A stretch of DNA of 64,000 nt from Massalongia carnosa (taxonomy: Eukaryota), in contig OZ287070.1 of NCBI GenBank assembly GCA_965645245.1, forward strand, positions 372,001 to 436,000. Reading direction: 5' to 3'. Shown here piece after piece: positions 39,461-51,980 of this stretch. Each line of letters begins with the position of its first letter. The first letter of the stretch is position 1. Under the pieces are notes generated by a model. That model saw nothing but the letters and a program-made list of their open reading frames with translations, was not told where the DNA came from and searched no databases. The translations under genes were made by a program, and so were the position numbers.

Positions 39461-40752
39461 TTGGCAGCCACTCTCCGCCTTGCCAATGAAGTGGCCGTCG
39501 TCACCGGCGCCTCCTCGGAGCTTGGACGAGCGATCGCGCTCGCCTACGCTGCACACGGAACGCGACTCGTGGTGTGCGCCGATCTGCAAGCCACTCCGCG
39601 CCCCGGCGTCGACGGCGAAACGGTTCCGACCCACGAGTTGATCCGCACAAGGCACGGGAGTGACCGGGCCACGTTCTTGAAAACCGACGTGGGCGATCCG
39701 CACGACGTAGAGGCGTGCGTAAAAGGGGCTGTAGAGCAGGGCCGCGGCAGGCTGGATATGCAAGGATTCCTTTTGCTCTGTGGAGATTTTGTTGAGTCTA
39801 CTGTCGTTTGGGGACTGGTAGTGCAGTAGCATGGTCAACAACGCTGGCTTAGGCGTTGGGGACCGGTCGAAGCGGATTCACGAAATCAGCGAGGAGGCGT
39901 GGGATTCGATGATGTAGGTTGGTAATTTCAACGCCAAATTTCTACCTACCCCTCAACTCTCGATGAACGAGGATCTTAAAGCCCCACGTCTACTGATTGG
40001 CTCATCGTGTATCAGGAGAGTCAATCTCCGAAGCGGGTTTCTCGGCTGCAAATTCGCCTGCGCGCAGTTCCTCCGACAGGAGCTTGGCGAGAGTGGCCGT
40101 CGAGGTTGGATCGTCAACACGGCCAGCATGCTGGGATTGGTGGGCATTTCCGGTGGCGCGAGTACGTTTCCGGGGTTTTTCGTCTAGAAATAATCTACAA
40201 GATACCCGGAGGAGAGGAGAGAACGGTGGTAAAAAGAAAGGTATTACTCATCCAGCCACCAAACCATCTAGCCGCATATTGCGCCTCCAAAGGCGCAGTC
40301 GCCAACCTGACCAAACAGGTCGCTGTCGACTACGCAAAAGACCAGATCCACTGCAACGCGCTCTGTCCTGGCTGTAAATTCCCTCCTCCTCCTCCTCCTC
40401 CTCCTCCTCCTCCTCCTCCTCTCCCCTCCACCTACCTACTCCAGAACTCCCATGAGGAGCCTGCCGTACAAGAACATCCACAAATCGAGCGCATGGACTA
40501 ATTCCCCCCCTCTTCCCCCTTTTTTTTTAAAAAAAAATCTTCTCGTTGCGTCTACAGTCACTAAAACCGCCATGGTGAAACCCAACTACGAAGACGACGC
40601 CGTCAGCGCGCACATAGTGGCCACGACTCCATGGGGGGGGTGGGGCCGCGTCGAGGACGTTGCGGCGTGGGCGGTGTTTCTCGCTAGCAGGGACGCGGCC
40701 TGGGTGACGGGCGTGCCGTTGCCGGTTAATGGGGGGTTATTTGGGCCAGTAA
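39461..40752 (+). CDS. Short-chain dehydrogenase/reductase (SDR), 5 exons, possibly damaged
   Basis: [20 protein letters not shown](I)[24 protein letters not shown] (YxxxK), IHCNALCPG and [11 protein letters not shown]. No ATG at the start (ATTG) and an apparent +1 frameshift in a G6 run at 40731-40736. Confidence 0.85.
40382..40420. repeat. (CCT)13 microsatellite in an SDR intron
   Basis: Perfect run read directly. Confidence 0.95.
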
Positions 40753-41242
40753 GGGGGGGTTATGAAAGGGGGGGAGGGAAAAGAGGGCTGTTGATAAAAC
40801 GTGTGTATGCCTATTCGTTGACCGATGGAGTAAGGCTTTTGTTTTTATTGAGATTGGCAAACTTACGATAAACATTTAGAATCTTCCAAAAGCCAAAAAC
40901 GTAGATTGATTTTTTTTTAAAACAAAAAAGAGAAAAAAAAAACATTCCATCCATTCAAATCCTTCCCCCGAGTCTTTGACTTCATTTTTTTTTTCTATAA
41001 GCAGAATTAAAGCCCACAAATAACCAAAAAAAAAACGAAAAAACAAAAAGTTTGAGTAGGTAGCTAGCTCTAGATTAATTAACTAGTTAAGTTGGTTTAA
41101 TGAATATGAATCATGGAGCAGTTAGACTAGGTAGGTAGGAATAGTGTAGTTAATTAGGTAGTTTCTCTTCTTTTTTTTAAAAAAAAAGGAGTGCTCCCTC
41201 CCTTCCCCTCTCCTCCCATACCATTCTTCAACAGCTAAAGAT

Positions 41243-42210
41243 TTAGCACGGAGAGTTGCGCACTTGGTGCGCTTGTTTGCTAATGGTGGAGATAGTACGG
41301 TGGTGGTGGCGGCTTTGGCGGGCGGTGCGTTCGCGAGTCGTCGCTCGCTTTCGTGGCGGAGGAAGAGCGGTAACTTCGTCGTTGTCATCGTCCTCGTCGG
41401 GTCCCCGTTTCTGCTTGATAGGCTTCTTTGCTGGGGCGGATGCAAGGGATGACACCCGTCTTGCTCCTGCTGCGTCGTCGTTTTGGAGAGCCGGCTCGCA
41501 GAAGACTCTACGACGCTTACGAACGCGTTGGCCGCGACATTAAACGTTTTCCTTGTTTTATCTCCCAAGTAGCTCGATTGTAATCAGGGCATTCATGGGG
41601 TGACTGCCATAGCCCTCCGTCGATAAAATGCGGAAAGCTTTCATCCTACCAGTATGGCGTGCTTGGAGGCATATCAAGAGATTGTAAATGAGTGACAGGC
41701 ACTCGACAGAACGCACAGGTGTCATCCCATGCGGCCTCCATTTCGCTCCGCCTATTGCGCTTGAAGCACTCGTTGCAGAGGCAATTGCCGCAACATGGCA
41801 TCCACTCCACTGTTGGTGGGGAGTCTGCGGGCGGCTGGTTTTTATTTGGGCGAGGCAGGCAAGGGATACAGTCGATCTTCTGCTGTTGATGGTGACTTTT
41901 CTGAGTCGATCATCTGCGCAAAGAAAGCCTAGCGGGCGTCGCGCTCCGCGTTGACGGTGTGCGGGGACTTGGGCACACGCGGGTGGGGTTTCAAGCCCAT
42001 TTCTTTGTCAATCTTGATCGTGCGAGGCTTTTAGGTGGGGTCCTTGGGATTGATTTCTTTCTCCGAGGCGATCCATTCATCTTACAAGGCTACGAGAGCC
42101 TGCTAGGCAGTGGTGGTGGCGGCGGCGATGAGGGTTGGTGTTTCCTAAGATTCAGTACCTTGGAGGGAGGAGACGAGAAGGGTGGCCGAAGCGAGTATAG
42201 GGGAAAGTAG
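41243..42210 (-). pseudogene. Disrupted gene containing a RING-finger domain
   Basis: Minus-strand 41870-41706 reads CIPC-x21-CCGNCLCNEC-x15-CAFC. Flanking frames contain many TAG/TAA stops and frame switches. Confidence 0.6.
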
Positions 42211-42553
42211 GGACAGGCATGATAGCTTGGTGGGGGAAGAAAGAAGCTGAAGTTGGTGAATGTGAAGAAAGGGGGAAGGAAAAAGAAGCTGGATACGAGT
42301 CGTATGTTGTAGGATGTAGAAGGGGAAAAGATTAACTCTAGCCAGCAGATTGGATGATAGCACAAGATCCCTCGACAAGATGGTTGTACTAGAAAGGGTT
42401 GTAGTTGGAAGAAAGAGAGAGGAAAATAGAAACATGGTGGGAAAGTTATATGAAATTCAAAGTAGCTTAACGATAGTTGAGACAATGGTCAGTAGTATCG
42501 TAGACTTGATTTATAATAGGAGATGCAAGTCTATTGTATAGGTATGTAATCTA

Positions 42554-43234
42554 TTGCCTCAGTACCTCAGACGTGCGTGGGCTCTAGGAGCCGTCTAAGC
42601 CCCTCCGGGTTAGCCTATTTCGCTAAGCTCCTTCGGATTAGCGTCCCAGCTGACTAACGTGGCTGCGATAGCACGTCTGAGCGCAAAACTAAACATTACG
42701 GTCAGATATTCGTAATAAATCGTGTATTATTGCGATTTTTCGACATTTTGACGTCTTGCTTTTTTGCTTGACACGGGCTATTTCTTCGAAAGAATTCAAG
42801 TAGAATTTGTGTAGAAAGTTTCCTGAAATTCCTGTTCGTTGTAAAGTTCATGGGGGGCAATCTGATTGCACTTCGCATAGAAATCAAGAATCGACTTAAC
42901 GAAAATAACAAGATGTATGTAAAATTGCTCTGCACGTTATAAACATAAATAAAGATTGAAATTTATAACGAAAAAATCAAAAATACATTGATCATGATCA
43001 TATCAAGCGACGACGACGTTACAACATGAAAACAATGAAGTTGTGACGTTATTCTATAAGGTCGAAATCGTTCTTGTCATGATCGTTAAGCCATATCTGA
43101 CCGTAATCTTGAGTTTTGGGCTCAGACTTGCTACAGATGTGCTGCGTAGTCAGCCTGTTAACCCGAAGGGGCTTAACGTTCTGTAAGGCTAACCCGAAGG
43201 GGCTTAGCCGGGCACGTCTGAGGTACTGAGGCAA
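42554..43234. mobile_element. Non-autonomous DNA transposon (MITE), hAT-like by its 8-bp TSD
   Basis: Perfect 23-bp TIRs TTGCCTCAGTACCTCAGACGTGC (42554-42576 and 43212-43234), flanked by GTAATCTA at 42546-42553 and 43235-43242. Subterminal repeats and an AT-rich non-coding interior. Confidence 0.92.
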
Positions 43235-43910
43235 GTAATCTACTCAGAAAAGGACTATAGACCAGCAACGTACTCCTTGGAATGAAGCATTCGTTAAATG
43301 TTTGTTATTTTTGACTCAATTACGATCAACATATACTTAGAGCTATTGTGGTAATTCTCTTGTCGAACTTGCTTGTCGACATATCCACACTCTTCCCGAT
43401 GTACTAGTACTCTGTATTGTTGGATAGTTGAAAGCAGAATGCACAGTCGCCAATTCATCATAGGCGTATAAAGCTGAGAAAGGATCAATTTTTCAGTTTG
43501 CTCTCTTGTTGACGATTGCGAGGTATTTTGGTATCATAGGAGTCTGAGAAGAATGAAAGATGTGTCTACCGTTGAGATTCCAGGTCCCCTTTCCTGCGCT
43601 TCTGGCACAATGTCAAATATCTAAATGGCAATCAGGTAAATAATCCACAAACTTGTTCTTCGGACTCATATTTTACATGCAATAGTTGGTGACTTGGTTA
43701 TAAAGTTCAAAAATCAACCATTCAACTTTGAATTGTAACATAGAGAGGTTCCTTCTGGAATAGAATGATAAAGTGAAATGTCATGTGACTTCACGATCAA
43801 CTTACCCAATTACGCGCTAATCCATATGCGATCTTTGTTAACAACGACAGACAACCAAGACAGCCAATAATAAATAGTTTTCTCTATCATTTCAGTTGCA
43901 GAAGTTCAGC

Positions 43911-45456
43911 ATGGCTACCAAGAAAGAAAGACTAACGGATGAAGAGCTCCTGGCTCAGTTTGAAGGGATTGACGATGATGCTGGAGGAGGAAAAGCATCC
44001 CCAACTGGGCCCCAACCATCAGAAGCAGATCTCTTCCAAGAACTTGGTATTCCAGAAAGACCGCGCCCTTCAAGCAGACCTCATACGCCTCGTCTAGTAT
44101 CCACAACTGCAATACCGGCTGCGAGATCTTCGCCAAAGCACCCCGGAGCTGCTACGCCTCCAGATGTCTCACGGACAAGTGAGGAAAAGGCTCGTACACG
44201 GAAGAGTGCAGATAGCACCAGGTCTTTTCACACGAGTTTTACACCTCTCGCCGAGAAGGGCGTAGAGCCTGAGCAAGCGGCACAAGCAAAGCCGAACCCT
44301 GAAGAAGCACAGCCTCAGAGTATAGGTGGAGGCTGGTGGGGAGGGATTTTCGCAACGGCAAGCGCAGCTGTAAAGCAAGCGGAAGCTTTGGCGAAGGAAA
44401 TCAAGCAAAATGAGGAAGCACAGCGCTGGGCGGAACAGGTTAAGGGAAACGTTGGCGCATTACGGGGCTTAGGTACGACTCTTTGACTACTCAGGGTGTT
44501 CCACCAGCTAAACCAATCCTTTAGGTGGAGAGCTTCGATCACGAGCCCTCCCAACTTTCACCAACATCCTCCATACCCTTGCTCCTCCAATCTCCTCCCA
44601 TGAACGTCTGCAAATCCACATCACTCACGATATCATCGGCTACCCTTCCCTCGACCCCATCATCTACCAGACCTTCTCTCGCGTCATGGCCCAGGTTGAA
44701 GGGGGTGATCTTATGGTCATACAGCGCGGCCAAGAATCATCCCGGCGTCGCGGCTCCGATGCCGGGTATACAGGATCGAGTGGGGGTGGCTGGAGCGATG
44801 GGCCGTGGTGGAGGCAATCATCGGAAGCAAAGAACCTCGGCACTGTCAAAGGGATAGTCGAAGGAACAAAACTCTCTAAAGTTAGCGCGGAGTCGTACGC
44901 CGCTGATTACTTCGCATCGCGTGGTGGGCTGGAGGAAGCTGCCAAGCAAGCAACCGAGGTCCTCAGCGAGAGCAACCCGGTTCGCAGCAGCGACATCTTC
45001 CTGTCTCTACAAGCCATCAGCCAAACCAACCCCGCGGATCTATTCGGCAGCTCGGCGGCGGAAAAAAGCCAAGGCATCGTGGAGCCGGAACAAGAGCCCG
45101 AAGAGCTCATCTCCTTCGCCATCTATCTGCACGACCCCGTGCACGGCATCACGTTCGCAACCATCACGCAAAGCCTCCCGCAGCGATGGATCGACTGGCT
45201 GGACGCCTCCCCGACCTCGGAATCTTCCGACTCGAGCCTGCCCGCGGAGATCGCGGAGATCGTGCAGAACGGAGGGGTGGATCCGCGTGAGTGGGTGGCA
45301 GAGTGGGTGGAGGAGCTGCTGGCGCTGGGGATCGGGATCGTGGCCCAAAGGTACGTGGCCAGGAGGATGGGCGTCGGGGAGGGCGGGCTAGGGCGGGGCA
45401 AGGCGAGGCAGCAGGCGCTGGAATCTGGGGGCGGGGAGGCGGCCAGGGCGGTCTGA
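43911..45456 (+). CDS. MTC1: Maintenance of telomere capping protein 1 homolog, 2 exons
   Basis: GGGWWGG, LHTLAPPISSHERLQIHITHD, IYLHDPVHGITFATITQSLPQRWIDWLD and DPREWVAEWVEELLALGIGIVAQRYVARRM. Intron ~44473-44525. Confidence 0.88.
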
Positions 45457-46351
45457 GGAACATATCCATCGAGTTTGGCGTTTTTTTCTCTCTCTTCTTT
45501 CTCTTCTATTCGTTTCATCCTGGCGTTCGAGAAAACGACAGCGTAGAACTTTGAGCGCTATTCTAGCTTAAATAGTCCGCCCTTGCACAGGCAGGGGTGA
45601 CGAATTGCCCTAAGCGTTATATGTATGTATGTATGTATGTATGTAATACCTACTTACCTGCCTAGGTATGGAACTGGCGAAACTGCCCTCTTCTTCTTCT
45701 TCTTCTCCTCCCCCTCCCCTATTATCTACTCCCGTTCCTCTTTTCTTCTATTATCCATCCTCGCTAAACCTCTCCCCCTTCAATCAGGCTATTTGACGCC
45801 TCAAGGCCCCGTTCGTTCGTTCGGGTCATATATAACATATATACATACATACGTGCAAGCATACATACATATATAGACAGACAATAACCAGAGTTATATC
45901 TTTACTTGGTTACTTACCCGTACGTACGTACGTACGTACGTATTCTTTCCCCCCCTTCCTCAAAACACCAAGTTGGATTCATCAGCAGCAATACGTAGCA
46001 TAAAAAGTAACGTGACGTGGAGACCTCGTGAACTCGGGAAGCGTTTTTGTGAGCTTTGCGAGTTTTCGTGATAATAATGATGATGGGAATTTGTGTTGCT
46101 GTCTCGCTGGTGATGGGCATGGTCCTAGAGTAGATGAACTATTGGGTTGATGGTTTCGGGGCCTTCTCTTTTTTTTTACTTTTTTTTGGGGTGGTTTATG
46201 TATGTACATACCACACACTCTCACACCCTCCCTTTTTCCCTATCCCACCTCTCCCGGCTCAACACCAAATAGGTATCTCGCTTCCCCCCCCCCTCCCTCA
46301 AAATCCCATCCCAAATCCCACACGTCACACATCCCATTTCTCCTAATTCTC

Positions 46352-47075
46352 CTAATTCTTCGTCTTCGTCTTCTTCTCCTTCTCCCCCCCTCCACTACCG
46401 CTACCGCCGCCGCCTCGCTTCTTGCCGCCCTGCAGGAGCTCGAGATGGCCGGCCTTTTGCGCAAGGTTCTTTTCGGTTTGGGCGGTGAGGCCGGCGGAGT
46501 ATTTCTGGTTTTGGGGGAAAGACCCGGGGGAAGGGATGTTAGTGTTTTGAGGCTGGATGGGGTTCAAAAGGGGGTGGGGGGTGGGGAATTGTTTTCTTCA
46601 CAAAAGGAAAGGAAACGACAGGATCGATAAATGACATATCTGAAAACCCCCGTCCCAAATGACAAATCCCAACGAAGAATCACCCCCCTCCCCCCAAAAA
46701 ACACACAACAACAAAAAAACGTACCTTCGTGATCCCCCTCGCCTTTATCAGTGCCGTTTTTCGCGGCGCGATGCTCCGTTTTCCCTTCTTGGGCGCAGGC
46801 GTTTGAGAGCTATTGCACGTTACGTAAGTAACCCACTCATCGATCCACCAATCGATCCGTCAGTTTAGTATTGTGTTTACAATGGTTAGATTGGACAGGA
46901 CGGGTTTTTTTCGTATATAGAGAGGGTCGAATAAGGAGATAGAAAGATTGAATTATTGTTTCATATTAAAACGAAAAGAAATAGATAACAATAATACACA
47001 AACCCGCATAGCATACCGTTTCATCGACGACGACGAGGAAATGTTCGGGCGTTTTTTGATAGCGCCTTGGGCCAT
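46352..47075 (-). CDS. Small basic DUF2462/UPF0390 family protein, 3 exons
   Basis: [10 protein letters not shown]...|[57 protein letters not shown], joined by GT-AG introns. Confidence 0.85.
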
Positions 47076-47471
47076 TTCTTTTGGTTTTTGTTATTCTGGT
47101 TGGAAGTCGAGAATGGGAACGAGTGTGATTATGTGTTTAAGTATGTATGCCAGCAGAACCGATGATTTACATACGTACAAAGGTATTTAAGTTGGAGTGA
47201 ATGGTTTAAAACTAAACGTTTTTGAAATAAAGTATAGTCGTATGATTTTAGAATAATCAGTGTCAGGATGAAAAATTACAATCTTCAACAAGGTGTAAAA
47301 ATCAACGTAGTGTTCATTGAGAAGCATTACGATAACTGCACAAACTTGTTCAAAAAGACAAATCGACCGTCTTTGCAAGCCCAGAACTCGTTCATCTTCA
47401 TGAAAAACCATCGGAGCCGTCAACGTCAATCTCCCCTTTCCCTCCCACTTTCCCCTAGACAAGCTGTCATC

Positions 47472-49917
47472 TCAACATCCACCTCCACCTCCGCAGCCGC
47501 CCCCGCCCCCGCCCCCGCATGCCGCTGCTCCACCCCCTCCACCTCCACCAATCCCACCGCCTCCACAGCCACCTCCCGCTCCCACCCCACCACAAGACCC
47601 AGCAGCGACGCCTCCGCCACAAGCCCCCTGGCAGCAGTTCCCCGCCGCGCCAGGCGTAAAGTTCGCGCACAAGGGATTGGCCGCATACAGACCAGTCATC
47701 ATGTAAGCGTTGCCCATGTACGGTGCGTAGTAGGGCATGTACATCGGATAGCCGTATGCCATGGCGTACATATAGGTGTCGCGTTCCGGGGGCTCGCGGC
47801 CCTTCTTGCGCGCCTGTTTGCTGGCTTGTTTGTGCATTTGTTCTAGCTTTAGGGCGTTGACGGCCGAGCGGCTAGGAGTCGCGGAGATGGTTTTGATGGC
47901 GTTGTGGGCCGAGATGTGGGGGCCAATGTGCGGGTTGGAGGTGTTGCCTGGCGATGAGCGGATCTTCTCCAGATCGGCCACGGCCGATTTGTGTTCTCGA
48001 GTCAAGCGAGAGAGGAAAGAGGTGCTGGATTCGCGGGTGGCTTCGCAGTACCAGCAGGTGCATTCCGAGTAGACGGAGGCGAACATCCTCTCATAGGTTT
48101 TCGTCGTCCATTCAAAGGCTTCCGAGAGCTTGTTTTCATCGATTTTATCGTCGTGGTCGATGAAGATTTTGGTCGTCGCCATCGAGTATGTGTAATAGGA
48201 TTTCGGGGAGAGTTGATGGGTATGCCTGAAGATTGATGAGCGCTGTGAGCCAGAAGCGTGATTTGAGAGGTTCAAACATACCAGGCTAAGTCTACGTCTA
48301 AAGTTGGAACGGCAACACGGCCCGGGTGCGCGGACAGAATATCAAAATAGCGCGAGTACTTGACGATAAGGCGCGTCATGGTGGAATCAACGGCAGGGGA
48401 GTGAACCCAATCGATCGAGTGCATTTTTTCAATGAACGACGCCTGTCGAATGACAGCTCCGACCAAATCGAGGCCAAAACTCGACGAGTTGTCCCAGTAT
48501 CGCGACATCATCCGCCGGACTGCGATCCTCTCCCCTCGCTGCAACTTGGCTCGCAGATTCGATCGGGTTCTGTGGAGGAGCAAACGATCACGCAAACCCT
48601 TTTCGATCTCCGTCCGAATGTCACTGATCGTTGGGGGTTTGGACTGACGAATGTCGGTACACTCGAGCAGACTGGTCGAGAGGCCGTGTTTGAGGAGACG
48701 ATTTGGAAATGAAGATTCACTCCGCTCCAGTGCTATAGTGGCCTTGGTGTAATCGAAAAGAGGCCTTCCAGCCATATGCAGGACCGAAACCGTCTGCTGG
48801 CCCGCGACAGGCAGGAGAGGAGTTGTACCTGAAACACCAGATCAGCATGGATTCACCCAACGATGGAGAGTCCCCTACCATCCACCTCCAAGATCGTGCC
48901 GGGCATCGGAACATCCCTTAAAAGCAAAAGCTGCAGGTCCTTGCGAAAATTCTGGGCGCGGAGCACCTCGTGATCAATGGATAGGTCGCAGGCGCTGCAC
49001 GACAGCTGAAAGTGATTATCTGCCCATCCATGACCCATTTCTCCACCCGAACTCGGCAAAAAGGGCGACTTCTCCGAAGTGGTCCATGGACAACTGAGTT
49101 GTTGCCTGCATTTTGGGCACGACACCGTAGCATTTGGCGAGTCATTGAGGCTGTCCCATGCTTGGCCAGTAATGCGTTCGAAAGCCCCTTGTGCAGTGCG
49201 ACTAGCGGAGTACTCGAGAGATTCATTGTCGATGCATGAGTTGATGGCTACCCACGGCAGTCCAGTCCTCCAGAATTTCATTTTACCATACCTTATAGAG
49301 TCCTCAAGAAAGATGCGAGGGTTGAGCATGTACGAATGCCAGACCATGACCACATCTGTGGATGTTAGATTGCTACGATCGTTTCAGACATTTTGAATCT
49401 CACCAAGAGGAGGCAGGTTATCCTGCGAGAACTTCAACACCTCGTCTCCCAACGTATCCAAGTCTCCTGGACCACCTTGCTCGACGGAGCGTGGCGCCAG
49501 CATTGGTGAGCCTGGCTGGATGGACGTCCGCCACCACGTTTCGAAGCGCAACGCTGCCTTGGCCACATAGACTGCCCATCTTTTCTCACAAATTCTCACC
49601 AGAGTTTCCCTCTGTTCTTGCTCCGAACTTTCTGGAGGGACGAACTTATCCCAGATCCCAAAAAGACCGTCGGTGGTCGCCACGTCTTGGCGGAGCTGGT
49701 GGAAGGCCTCCAGCAGCTTCAGATGCGCGATGCATTGATCTTTGGTTGGCTTGCCTCCATCTACGTTCTGATACAGGAGCGGAGAGGAGGCCGTGAGGGG
49801 AGGCGGATAGACCTCATATCTTGGCGGGGCCCCCGGTTCGTCCGGCAGAGTGATATATGCCAGTTTCTCCGCCTTGTTCTCGCCATTGGCATGATTCATC
49901 ATGAAATTCGACTTCAT
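47472..49917 (-). CDS. Glycine-rich domain-containing (GRDP/DUF1399-like) protein, 4 exons
   Basis: CIAHLKLLEAF, RWAVYVAKAALRF, PPL(D)VVMVWHSYMLNP, DLVGAVIRQASFIEKMHSIDW, VPTLDVDLAWHTHQLSP, CTCWYCE and a Gly/Cys-rich tail. Confidence 0.87.
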
Positions 49918-51980
49918 GTTGGTTCTCAGTCCTTGGTGACCTTGTCAACGGATTTAAAGTAATATTCCAACGGGAACAATGATAGGTTATATAATAGGGT
50001 CGGAGGGGGGCGAAGCAACATAGGATGGTTGGAGGGGTTTGGGGGAAGGTGCAGGCTTCATCCTTCATGATTGACTCATAACCAATCACGGGCGCAGGCG
50101 AAGAACGAAAAGAAGACGACGGAGGAAAAGCTAGGAAGCTCTAGTCACCTTCTAGCGTCAACGTCAAGTCGGCTGATTCTTATCATCTCTCCTCTCCAAA
50201 TATGTACACAATATGGGGCCGAAACGGCACCAGCCAATCAACAGTAACGGATCTTCCAACCTCATTCAATCCCTTCCCTTCAGTGCGTGTCCAACTGATG
50301 CTGTTCTGCTTACTCTGTACTCTGTACTTCGTACGTTGAGCGAGGCTACACCGCAATCGTCCGAATGTCTGGATTGATTGTCGATGAATGATTATCTTGG
50401 TGTGGGAACACTCGAGTAATCTCTTCGGTTTTCCCCTCCTCGCCGACGTCTCTTCGCGAGTGGTTACATCGTAGCCTTCTGGTGGTACGGCATACTGAAA
50501 AGAATGCTGAATTCAATCCAGCTTTTGGGATCTACATCTAACACCTCCACGCACGATGACGCGTATACACTACGTTGTATGTGTGTAGTTAGAGTCGCAA
50601 GAAGCCTACTCCCTCAATCACCAGTTCTTGCTGAAGAAGTGCTGCAGAGTACTCCGTAGTTACCCAACTTCAACTAATTGTCTGGTGACACGCCACAACA
50701 GCTAGAAACTGCATTACATTCCCGATCGGGGAAAGAGCTCTTGGTAAAGCTCGAGCTGGCGTTCTTCCGTCATATCGATCGTCAACCGCCTTGCGTGAAA
50801 GGAGGCTGTGATCTTGTGGAAGAATCGCCACTTGTGACCATGCCATTCAGAATTATCTGTTCCTGTACGAATACCAACTCCGTACGGCATACCTTGTAAC
50901 TACACGTCGCTCTGTCATGCCCAACAGACGTTTGAGGCTCCGCGAGATGAACTAGGCAAGTTTTGTCGAACCGCCAACAAATTGTATGGAGCACACAGTA
51001 CCGAGTAATGCCTCAGAGCTAACTCCTGCTTCGAATTTCGAGCTACGTGGATAGTTCGGAGCATGCAATTGCTCAAAGAGTGACACGCAGCAAGAGATCT
51101 AACTGGATCCGCCTCCAAAGGTACACACTAACTACTACTACTCTAGCTGGCAATAACCTGTTAGCTCGGTGGGCCTCAGCCATAAATAGCCCCTTCCCCC
51201 GAACTTGAGTCGCTGCGTCCACCTTCGACGCATCATCACAGGACCTTGACGAGAGATTCCCCTAGCGTCAAGGACATCATCGATGTATCCAGCAGCCCCC
51301 GTATGTTTACTGAACTCAGCTACCTCTCAAGAAATACCAACAGCATTTGTGATACAGAATTCTGCTTGTAGGCGACACGGCAAGTGATTAGTCTGTCCAG
51401 CGCCCAGCATCACCCCCCCAAAACGCTGAATCGTTGCTGGGATGGCCTCCTGTGACTTTTGGATAGCAAGAGACGACTCTCGGCGTATCTCTCCTACTGC
51501 GGTAGACGAAGAGGAAGGTAGATAGTTGGGGTTGAGGTGAAGATGCGTGATGACAGTGGTATACATCTAGCCAGATCCAGATAAAGGTAGAGATATTAAT
51601 GCGCGATTTGGCGGTAAAGCTACCCATGCGCTGTGCCTCATGGAACTTCCCTGAGCAGGATCGATACCGATCTTGATTGCACCCCTGGAACCCTTGTCTG
51701 AACAAGGTCTTAGCCCCACTCGCAGTTACGTGCCTCCCCTATCATACACCACCAGCTTCAGTTAGCAGAAACGATCCTATATTCTTTAGTAGATTTCCCC
51801 TCTCGTAGATTCAGAGTGCCCTAGCCATCCCACATCATATTCAGAGAAGCCCCCAACTCTTCGCTCAGCACTCATTCGCTATGCATGAAATATTTGACAG
51901 CGCTCGATGTGCCACACTAGATACCTCCCATCCGTTATATTCGTTAGATTCTAGATGAGACTGTCGTAGTAACAATTGCT

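Noticed and set aside
43157..43207. CGAAGGGGC in the MITE subterminal repeats matches part of the predicted telomere repeat
   Set aside because: A 9-nt match is expected by chance in a window of this size.
43911..45456. MTC1 and the TER forming a telomere gene cluster
   Set aside because: They are 23 kb apart with unrelated genes between them, and MTC1's link to telomeres is only a genetic-interaction name.
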